NCBI GenBank assembly: GCA_963847185.1
Contig: CAWJYV010000007.1
Location: 704,001-768,000, forward strand
Source of the DNA: an uncultured Methanosarcinaceae archaeon
GTDB lineage: Archaea; Halobacteriota; Methanosarcinia; Methanosarcinales; Methanosarcinaceae
Direction: 5' to 3'
Length of the DNA: 64,000 bases
Below are positions 55,925-64,000 of this stretch, in pieces (positions within the stretch are counted from its first letter, which is position 1; the number at the start of each line of letters is the position of its first letter). Both the position numbers and the translations under genes were made by a program. The notes under the pieces are model-generated. The model was not told the DNA's origin. It did no database searches and worked only from the letters and a program-made list of their open reading frames with translations.

Positions 55925-57583
55925 TTAAACGCCTGCAGAATCTGATACGTTGCTTGATACTTTTTCCGAATTTTCTTCATTTTCGTCTTCAAATCTGCGC
56001 CTGAAAGCCTTTTTGAGGAATTCAGGTGAAAATTGAGGTGTCATAAGGCTTACCGCGACCAGAGCAAGAAGAGAGAGAGGAGTTGCAATCAGGATAGGGT
56101 CTACAAGAGGCCAAGTGCCGGAAAATAGAGTTTCTTTGCCGAAAATTGCCTGGCAGATTCCAAGGGGAATTGCTTCTTTTGCATGGACAAAGGTCAGCCA
56201 GAAGAGACTGGTTAAGGATCCTATAACAAGACTTGCAGTTGCTCCGGCTCTTGTTGTGCGCTTCCAGAAAAGTGCTCCTATGAACAGGGGCAGGAAAGAA
56301 GCCGTACACAGACCCATGAACATGGCAGTAGCTCTGGCGATAATGCTTCCTGGCAGGATATATGCCAGAATGACTGCAACCAGGATGGTAAAGGCGATTC
56401 CTAATTTTGTGACGCGGACAGTTGCCGTGGATTTACCTTTCATAATGCTCTGCTGGTAGACGTCATACCCTATGGCCGTGCCCATTGTATGGAACTGAGC
56501 GGCTGCAGTAGACATTGCGGCTGAGAGCAGGCTTAGCATGAAAAGTGCTACAAACATCTCAGGCATGGCGTGGTTCAGGAACGTTGGCATTATAAGGTCA
56601 GTGTTTCCATCCGGCACGACCTGAAGAGCAATCTTGCCCATAGTTTTGTAGAAATATACATTGGAAAGGGCTCCCACAGCATAGGCAACTCCTACCATCA
56701 TAAGAAGGAAAGGACCACCAACAGCAACTGCTCTTTTCAGGGAGATGTCATTTTTTACAGTCATGAACCTGACTGCAAGCTGAGGCTGTGCAAGTACTCC
56801 GATTCCTACCCCCATTATAATTGTGGAAACCATTGTCCACCAGATAGGAGAACCGAGTGCAGGCATAGAAGTCCATCCCCTGTGTCCCTGAGCTGCAAGG
56901 GCAGGAGGAACAAGGTTTGCCATATTGGTAAGAGCCTGGTGGGCTTCAGTAACTCCTCCAAGCATGCTGTAAGTATAGATAAGCAGAAAACCCATTCCCA
57001 GCAACATGAGAATAGCCTGGAAAGCATCCACATACATGACTGAGAGAAGACCGCCTTTAATCACATAAGAAGCAATAATTACTGTGAAGATCAGAAGAGC
57101 AATATTATAGTTAACCCCAAGCGTTGTCTCAAGGAATCTTCCGGATCCTATCATGACGCTTGCAGCGTAAAGGGGCATGAAAACACCGATAAGAAGCCCG
57201 GAATAGGCCTGAATGAACTTCGATTGGAACCGTTTCCCTATAAACTCAGGATAGGTTATAGCTCCCAGGTTCAGTCCCATGCGCCTTGTTGGAGGTCCAA
57301 AGACAACGAAAGCGATAAAGATTCCAAAAAAGATGTTCATAAAGACAAGCCACAAAAGTCCCATTCCTAAAGAAGCGGCTACTCCTCCGAATCCTATGAT
57401 TGCAGAAGTGCTGATAAACGCAGCTCCGTAGGAAAGAGCCATAATTGCAGGATGCACCCCTCGACCAGCGAGCATATACCCATCTGTCTGGGAATTTTTC
57501 TTATAACCCAGGTAGGCAACATAAAAGGTGGCTGCAAGATAAATAACAATAAAAAGGATAAGAGTTAAAGTACTGACTGCCAT
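55925..57583 (-). CDS. Sodium:solute symporter (SSS) copy 2
   Basis: Near-identical paralog of copy 1. Confidence 0.93.
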   Translation of the reverse strand: MAVSTLTLILFIVIYLAATFYVAYLGYKKNSQTDGYMLAGRGVHPAIMALSYGAAFISTSAIIGFGGVAASLGMGLLWLVFMNIFFGIFIAFVVFGPPTRRMGLNLGAITYPEFIGKRFQSKFIQAYSGLLIGVFMPLYAASVMIGSGRFLETTLGVNYNIALLIFTVIIASYVIKGGLLSVMYVDAFQAILMLLGMGFLLIYTYSMLGGVTEAHQALTNMANLVPPALAAQGHRGWTSMPALGSPIWWTMVSTIIMGVGIGVLAQPQLAVRFMTVKNDISLKRAVAVGGPFLLMMVGVAYAVGALSNVYFYKTMGKIALQVVPDGNTDLIMPTFLNHAMPEMFVALFMLSLLSAAMSTAAAQFHTMGTAIGYDVYQQSIMKGKSTATVRVTKLGIAFTILVAVILAYILPGSIIARATAMFMGLCTASFLPLFIGALFWKRTTRAGATASLVIGSLTSLFWLTFVHAKEAIPLGICQAIFGKETLFSGTWPLVDPILIATPLSLLALVAVSLMTPQFSPEFLKKAFRRRFEDENEENSEKVSSNVSDSAGV

Positions 57584-57676
57584 AAAAACTACTCCAGAAC
57601 AATATTGATTACTTTTATTCTCAGATTAATCAAAAAATCTACTTAAGCGGGAAATAAAATTCCAGCAATGTCAGGT

Positions 57677-57835
57677 TTACTGGTCCTGGACCTCTGGTTT
57701 TTTAGCACTGCTTTTTACTGCCTTCTCTTCGTCTTCGCTTCTCCAATGAAAAGCTCCGTAAATCATGCATCCGAGTGCACTAAGTATACTGGCAAGGTAT
57801 GCAAGCCAGATCTGATAATCATCGATTCCTAACAT
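57677..57835 (-). CDS. SSS small accessory protein copy 2 (52 aa), not in the ORF track
   Basis: MLGIDDYQIWLAYLASILSALGCMIYGAFHW...; AAGGTG RBS. Confidence 0.88.
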   Translation of the reverse strand: MLGIDDYQIWLAYLASILSALGCMIYGAFHWRSEDEEKAVKSSAKKPEVQDQ

Positions 57836-58292
57836 CTACAACACCTTCCTAAAGAATATATTGATAATCGTTAACATGATACTTGGTAGCACTGTACATT
57901 TTACTCTTTTTGTTATTTAAACATATTGAGTAGGGTAAATTCCAATATAAAGTAATGATTATAAAATAAAAAATGAAGGATATATTCTAAAAATCAAATT
58001 TCGAGGGCTATAATCTTGTTTGATATTAATTAATCCATGAAGATATCGAAAAAACGTACGGAATAAAGAATATAAGAGATATCTTTGAAAACAGCAGAAT
58101 ATTCTTGAAATTAATCTCTCCATGCAATAAAATGACTTTTGTGGGAAGCAGAAAAATAAAGAAAGTCAAAAATTCGGAATGGAAATACAGTATGCGGGAG
58201 AGAGAATATTTTCTTGATTCTTTCTCCTTTTTGAGTAATGTATTCAGGTTTTTCCGTTGAATGCCTATTTCATATAGATTACATTTTTTATT

Positions 58293-59567
58293 TTACTTCG
58301 CAGTGCATTCAGTAATTTCTCCGCTGAGATCTTCCCTGAGAATCTCAATAGCTTTGTCGAAATCATCTGTCTGGCCGAGAACCCACATCAATTTAACAAG
58401 AGCAGTCTCAGGCAATGTGTCTTCCCCTTCGATTGCGCCAGCTTTCAGCATATCACGTCCGGTATCATAGACGCGGTCGCAGATCCTGCCTTTAAGGCAC
58501 TGGGATGTCACTATTACAGGCATTTTTGCATCCGTGGCTTTTTGAATAAAAGGAATCCATCTAGTAGAAACGTGTCCGAGCCCTGTTCCTTCAAGGACCA
58601 GTCCTCTGTAGCCGTTGTCAATATAACAATCAAGAACTGAAGGGTCTGAACCAGGGGTAAACTTTACGAGAGCACATTTTGGCTCCATTCCAGGCTTGAA
58701 TTTAAGGGTTTTTTCTCCACGTCTGGTGTAGTCAATGAAAGTTTTTATTTCTCTTGCATTGTAATCTACAACTCCTATGGGAAGGGAGTTTACGGACTTG
58801 AAGGCATCCCTGCGAGAAGTATGCATTTTCCGGACTTTTGTGCCGCGGTGAATTTCACAGAAATCATCGGAAGTTGTACCGTGCATTACAACCGAGACCT
58901 CGGCAATATCGCTTATGGCAACTAAAGCTGCGCAGATCGCATTCATGGCATTGTCGCTGCTTGGACGGTCTGCACTTCTCTGGGAACCTACCAGAACAAT
59001 AGGTACAGGCGTCTCTATCATGAAAGAAAGGGCTGCAGCAGTGTACATCATGGTGTCGGTACCATGCGTAACGAGTACCCCCTCGGCTCCGGCTTCAATT
59101 TCTTCCACAACTGCCCGGGCAAGATTTTGCCAGGATTCAGAGTCCATATTTTCCGAGAGGATGCTTGAGATAACCCTGCCTTTGAAATCGGCTATTTCTT
59201 TAAGTTCGGGAATTGCGGCAAGGATATCGTCAGCAGTGAACTGGGATGTTACTGCTCCTGTCCGGTAGTCGATCTTGCTGGCAATTGTTCCGCCTGTGGA
59301 AAGAATTGCAACTTTAGGAAGTTTTTTCCCGGATTTTGAAGAGGCATCTACAATTGCTTTTGACTCTTTCCCTCCATTTTTGCCTCCGTTTGCAGCTTCC
59401 CCATTGCTTTCCAGAAGGGTTATCCGGACTTTATCTGTGGAAAAACCGGCATTATAACCGCTTTTCATTTTTATTGTAATATATCCTTTCATTGAAGGCA
59501 TCACTTTGCCTTCATAGACTGTGCCGTTCTTCTCAATACGTACCCGGTCGCCCTGTTTGAACTCCAT
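58293..59567 (-). CDS. gatD: Glu-tRNA(Gln) amidotransferase subunit D
   Basis: [51 protein letters not shown]. Confidence 0.96.
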   Translation of the reverse strand: MEFKQGDRVRIEKNGTVYEGKVMPSMKGYITIKMKSGYNAGFSTDKVRITLLESNGEAANGGKNGGKESKAIVDASSKSGKKLPKVAILSTGGTIASKIDYRTGAVTSQFTADDILAAIPELKEIADFKGRVISSILSENMDSESWQNLARAVVEEIEAGAEGVLVTHGTDTMMYTAAALSFMIETPVPIVLVGSQRSADRPSSDNAMNAICAALVAISDIAEVSVVMHGTTSDDFCEIHRGTKVRKMHTSRRDAFKSVNSLPIGVVDYNAREIKTFIDYTRRGEKTLKFKPGMEPKCALVKFTPGSDPSVLDCYIDNGYRGLVLEGTGLGHVSTRWIPFIQKATDAKMPVIVTSQCLKGRICDRVYDTGRDMLKAGAIEGEDTLPETALVKLMWVLGQTDDFDKAIEILREDLSGEITECTAK

Positions 59568-59694
59568 GAATAATCCCTTTTGTGCTGATTTTTTGAGATA
59601 GTGTATAAATAATCGGTATTCGTGTAATACTAAGAGGTCAAGGTAATATTAAAACTAAATGTGTTTTTGATGTTTAAGCTCATATCAAGCACAT

Positions 59695-61170
59695 TCAAAT
59701 CTTCCTGTGCTCATCAACCTCTGAAAGCAAATTTTCAAAAGCAGAATCTATAATATCCTTGAGGGTCTCAATCTCCTGCTTATTAAGTTCGAGTTCTGTC
59801 TGCCGTTTTGAAAGGTAGCGCTGCATTTCTTCTGGCGCAGGCCCGCCAATAACCTTTCTCCTTTTTACGTTTGAAATCGGATTAAGGGCTTCCTTTACCA
59901 TATTTTCTGTCAGACCCCTTCCAGAAAGCGATTCTCCCAGAACAACCTCGGAAACCGAATCAATCTTTTCCATTGTAGGTTTTTCGCCGTCTTTTGCCAG
60001 CATTCCGACTATCTGGTGGGCAGTTCTGAAGGGAATGCCTGTTTCCCGGACAAAGGTGTCTGCAAGTTCAGTGGCTGTCGTAAAACCTGTGACGGACTGG
60101 GCTGCCAGCACCTCATAGCGGACTTTCATAGTCCTTATCATCCCTCCCATTATCCGTACAGACGCCCTGACAGTTTCAACCGAGCGCCAGATATTCGGAG
60201 TTGCTTCCTGAAGGTCCCGGTTATAACTGAGGGGCAGACCCTTACAGATCGTAAGAAGGGACATTAGAGCTCCGACGGCCACTCCGGTTTTTCCGCGCAT
60301 AAGTTCGGCTGTATCCGGATTTTTCTTTTGAGGCATAATCGAAGAGGTAGAAGCATAGGTATCGTCCAGTTCTATGAAGTTGAATTCGGATGAAGACCAG
60401 ATCACAAGCTCTTCAGCCATCCGGCTCAGGTTAATCATTAGATTTGTAAACACGGATGCGCACTCAATAAGGAAATCTCTGCTACTGACAGCATCCATTG
60501 AATTTTCCAGCAAGCCTTCAAAGCCCAGGAGTTCTGCGGTCCGTTTCCTGTTAAGGTCAAAACCTGTAGAAGCAAATGCAGCAGCCCCGAGAGGGCAGAG
60601 GTTTACCCTGGAAAATGCATCCTGGACCCTGTCGAAGTCCCTGCCAAGGGCTGCTTCATGAGCACATAGGTGATGGGCAAGGGTTGTCGGCTGAGCATGC
60701 TGAAGGTGAGTAAAACCTGGCATAAGGGTACTGGTGTTTTTTTCTGCGAGGCCGAGAAGCGTATTTCTCAGGTAGAAGATTTCTTCAAGCAGTCCCATAA
60801 GCTCTTCTCTAAGGGCAAGCCTTATGCAGGTTGCAACCTCATCATTTCTCGAGCGTCCGGAGTGCATCCTGCCTCCTACGTCCTCTCCGACCATATCGAT
60901 GAGTCTGGACTCAAGGGAGATATGAATGTCTTCGTAGCTGAAATCTAGTTTTTCCATCCCCTCTTCCCTGATTTTCAAAAGCCCACTCAGGATTTTGCTG
61001 CAGTCCTTCGAATTTATAATTCCCTGCTCCTTTAACATAACTGTGTGAGCAAGGTCCACTGCAATGTCAGCGTCAAAAATCCATCTGTCCGCCTCCATTG
61101 AAGAGGTATAACGTAAAATCTCCTCATCAGGAGCGGCTTCCAGCCTGCCTCTGCGTAAAATGTTGCTCAT
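59695..61170 (-). CDS. argH: Argininosuccinate lyase
   Basis: GRSRND, PGFTHLQHAQP, SSIMPQKKNPD, YNRDLQ. Confidence 0.97.
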   Translation of the reverse strand: MSNILRRGRLEAAPDEEILRYTSSMEADRWIFDADIAVDLAHTVMLKEQGIINSKDCSKILSGLLKIREEGMEKLDFSYEDIHISLESRLIDMVGEDVGGRMHSGRSRNDEVATCIRLALREELMGLLEEIFYLRNTLLGLAEKNTSTLMPGFTHLQHAQPTTLAHHLCAHEAALGRDFDRVQDAFSRVNLCPLGAAAFASTGFDLNRKRTAELLGFEGLLENSMDAVSSRDFLIECASVFTNLMINLSRMAEELVIWSSSEFNFIELDDTYASTSSIMPQKKNPDTAELMRGKTGVAVGALMSLLTICKGLPLSYNRDLQEATPNIWRSVETVRASVRIMGGMIRTMKVRYEVLAAQSVTGFTTATELADTFVRETGIPFRTAHQIVGMLAKDGEKPTMEKIDSVSEVVLGESLSGRGLTENMVKEALNPISNVKRRKVIGGPAPEEMQRYLSKRQTELELNKQEIETLKDIIDSAFENLLSEVDEHRKI

Positions 61171-61240
61171 GGGTTTTCCTCTTTGTGATCTTATTTAATG
61201 AACCTGTATATGTGAAAATCTTAATTGGAATAATATGCTG

Positions 61241-61288
61241 GTAGAGTAATAATCAATGCCTGATTTAGTAGAGTAATAATCAATGCCT
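61241..61288. repeat. 21-bp direct repeat upstream of argH
   Basis: gtagagtaataatcaatgcct at 61241 and 61268; a degenerate third copy near 61334. Confidence 0.8.
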
Positions 61289-61638
61289 ACAGTAGCTCAA
61301 TTTCTGTGTAAGATGAACTGAATTATTGTGTTTGAAGAGTAATAATGCCTGTAAGATTAAAAATGTCTTTGAGTCAGAGGTATTGAAATATGTAGCGTCG
61401 TATTATTCCGAATACTTAAATATGAATCGGTTTCAGGGAGTTCTCGTGCAAGATTTTTATGTCATGTGAAATCCTGCATTTTTTAGCTGTTCTCGATTAA
61501 ATTCCAATAAGAAAGAAATACTTCAAGAAAGAAGTATTCCAATAAGAAAGAAATAACCTTCTAGATAATTTTCAGAAAAAGCCAACTTCATGACTCATCT
61601 TTTAGTTTTAAATTGATTAAGTATCATTACTCAACTAC

Positions 61639-62253
61639 ATGTCCAGAACCACAAAGATGTCTGCAGCCTTTAAGTATAATCGAATCGCCCCCATCTATGA
61701 GCTGATAGATTTGCCGCTTGAGTTTTTTTTCCGAAAGTGGAGAAAAGAGGCGCTTTCAAGCCTGAGTGGGAAAGTTCTGGAAGTTGGAGTGGGAACTGGA
61801 AGGAATCTGAAATACTATCCTGCAAGCTGCTCGGTAACAGGGATAGATAACAGCAAGGAGATGCTTGAAAGAGCCAGGGAGAAAGCTATCGACAAGAAAA
61901 GGTTTACTTTTATCCTTATGGATGCCGAAAACCTGGAATTTCCGGACAGGAGTTTCGATTATATTGTCACAACTTTTGTCCTTTGCACAATCCCTGACCC
62001 TGTGAAAGCTCTTAAAGAAATGAGGCGTGTGCTGAAACCATCAGGTGAACTGATAGCTCTTGAGCATGTGAGCAGCAGCAACCCTTTGTTTGCCAGGTTC
62101 GAAGAACTGATTGATCCTGTTCTATTTTCCCTGCTTGGAGATCATACAACCCGAGATACGGAAAAGAACATAAAAGAAGCCGGTTTCACCATTCAGGAGG
62201 TAAAAAAACTGGCTTTTAATGATATTTTCAGGAAAATAAGGGCAAAACCGTAA
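61639..62253 (+). CDS. Class I SAM-dependent methyltransferase
   Basis: VLEVGVGTG, MDAENLEF.D.SFD, RVLKP.G...LEH. Confidence 0.9.
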   Translation: MSRTTKMSAAFKYNRIAPIYELIDLPLEFFFRKWRKEALSSLSGKVLEVGVGTGRNLKYYPASCSVTGIDNSKEMLERAREKAIDKKRFTFILMDAENLEFPDRSFDYIVTTFVLCTIPDPVKALKEMRRVLKPSGELIALEHVSSSNPLFARFEELIDPVLFSLLGDHTTRDTEKNIKEAGFTIQEVKKLAFNDIFRKIRAKP

Positions 62254-62433
62254 GAGCTTTCTTTTTCTAAATTTACTGGATATTTAAGCAAATATTATTG
62301 GTTCATGAATTTAAAAACAGCTTTAAGATCCAGAAAATTGCACTTAGAAATCTCTGTACGACTAAAAGCTCATGGCGAAGAATTGAGGAATGTCGATTCT
62401 GCCAGATTAAGAATACCAGTAAGATAATTTCGT

Positions 62434-63969
62434 TCAGTCTAACAGACTTTTTTGCCCATTAGAAGTTTTATTGGACATATTTCCTGTATAATACGGTGAA
62501 AATATTTCAACCCGATTTGGGAAAAGATTTTCAACCGCTTTCATACTGTGTATCTGGTAAGGTCTTTGCGCTCCCGCAGAAATTGCTCTACTCCAGGGGA
62601 AATACTCCTTCAGAGACTCATTTTCACTTACCTGTTCTACAAATTTTGGATCAAACACAAAATCCGATGTGGAATTTTCGTACATATAATTCCCACCGCT
62701 ATTGTTTGATAGGCAGTTGTTTTTCAGGATAAATGAATGGTTAGTGCTCAGGTTATTAAATACCGCGTATCCTTTTCCGGCTGTACGGCTCGGCTGTGTG
62801 TTAATAATTATATTGTCTTTTACAACTGTTGTATATCCTGAACCTGGGGCTGAAAATTCTTCAGTTACCTCCTTATGAGCAATAGCTGCACCATAGCACC
62901 CGTTGAAGAAATTATTCTCTATGAGAGTATTTTGAAAACCATTGAGCACTATACCCCCTGCCCAGTGAGCACCTCCGTTAGTGCCGGTTTCGTAAAACCT
63001 GTTATGATGAATATACACATCTTTTGCAGAGGATTTGGGATACTCTGAGCCATACCCAAATACCCAGATGCCGGCAGCATGGGTCTGATTAAGCATATTA
63101 TTGCAAATTTCGATATCGTCCATAACGATTGCAGGACTGGTAGTAGCTGGTGTATTTGTAGCAGTTGGAGGATTGAATTTCTGGATTTCAATTCCTGCTC
63201 CTCCCTGTCCATTGGAGCTGATGACATTGTTATGAAATCTTACGTGGTTGGTGTTGTATATCCTTAATCCGCTATTTGTTCTGCATGTTATATTGTTATT
63301 CCAGGCCTGCACGTTTGCAGAATTGATAACGTATAGAGCGTCATGTCCTAAATTGTACACACTGTTGTTATAAAATTTAATATTTAAGCTCCTTGAAACT
63401 TTCAGCCCATCTCCATGACTATCATGCATATACATATCGTGAACGAATACGCTTGTGCAATTTACAATGTGGATTAAATTGTAATACCCCTTTCCGTTCC
63501 CATATTCACTATTATTGTCATGATTTCCATCAATTTCAAACCCCCTTATAATAATATCATGACTTTTGTTGCTGTCTATCTGCTTAATCAAAGGCTTTTC
63601 TTTCTCCCAGCTTGCATTATCTCTAAGCTTGATCACAGCTGTGGAATCGCCTTCAAGGACAGTATTATTTCCAATAAAAATAGTGTCCGAAATGACATAA
63701 GTATTAGGGCCCCTCAAATAAACGGTTGTAAATTGCGGGTTTTCTGCCACGTAAGCAAGAGCTCTATTTATCTCTACCTGATCCCTCCACCCGTTACAAT
63801 CATAATCTCCAAATCCCGTAGAAGTTACATAAATTGTCTTATTCGAAGTTTTAGCTGATACGAAGAAAACCGTACCCACAGCTAAAAGAATGAGAACCAC
63901 ACTGAAAATGACTATCTTTTTTCGATTTACCTGCCTTTGTTTTGATATTTTGCCGTCCATAAGATCCAA
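62434..63969 (-). CDS. Secreted right-handed parallel beta-helix protein (disaggregatase-related type)
   Basis: N-terminal hydrophobic segment; DQVEINRAL, GFEIDGN, HDSHGDG, LGHD, RTNSG; Asn-rich coils. Confidence 0.82.
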   Translation of the reverse strand: MDLMDGKISKQRQVNRKKIVIFSVVLILLAVGTVFFVSAKTSNKTIYVTSTGFGDYDCNGWRDQVEINRALAYVAENPQFTTVYLRGPNTYVISDTIFIGNNTVLEGDSTAVIKLRDNASWEKEKPLIKQIDSNKSHDIIIRGFEIDGNHDNNSEYGNGKGYYNLIHIVNCTSVFVHDMYMHDSHGDGLKVSRSLNIKFYNNSVYNLGHDALYVINSANVQAWNNNITCRTNSGLRIYNTNHVRFHNNVISSNGQGGAGIEIQKFNPPTATNTPATTSPAIVMDDIEICNNMLNQTHAAGIWVFGYGSEYPKSSAKDVYIHHNRFYETGTNGGAHWAGGIVLNGFQNTLIENNFFNGCYGAAIAHKEVTEEFSAPGSGYTTVVKDNIIINTQPSRTAGKGYAVFNNLSTNHSFILKNNCLSNNSGGNYMYENSTSDFVFDPKFVEQVSENESLKEYFPWSRAISAGAQRPYQIHSMKAVENLFPNRVEIFSPYYTGNMSNKTSNGQKSLLD

Positions 63970-64000
63970 GATAAACTAAACTATTGGCATCTATATTAAA

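Overview
A 64-kb window of Methanosarcina chromosome, identified from the 16S rRNA, the DUF1608-type S-layer protein, PGF-CTERM proteins and AT-rich intergenic DNA. It is mostly core genome. In order: partial RecJ-like DHH gene with a RecU-like nuclease, Elp3, a major-type S-layer gene, intron-containing tRNA-Met, a surface-protein trio, an AbrB-PhoU regulator, polB, pstSCAB-phoU, pyrC, aIF-1A/Rio1/Dim2 divergent from a full 16S-23S-5S operon with no spacer tRNA, NAC, IscA/HesB, glycogen debranching enzyme, hisI, PIN-ATPase-KH, a 12-PKD protein, an atypical CooS, two LarA homologs, two duplicated SSS transporter modules, gatD, argH and a beta-helix protein. No CRISPR array, intact transposase or provirus was seen. 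Best leads: (i) a CooS with a Glu at one C-cluster Cys ligand position, divergent from tandem LarA paralogs and next to twin symporters; (ii) apparent non-AUG starts for aIF-1A (CTG/ATC, with an overlapping uORF) and the PhoU regulator (ATT); (iii) three candidate structured ncRNAs; (iv) several small ORFs missed by the ORF track. Three genes carry frameshifts that are probably assembly errors. All protein calls come from motif recognition by eye; no searches were run.
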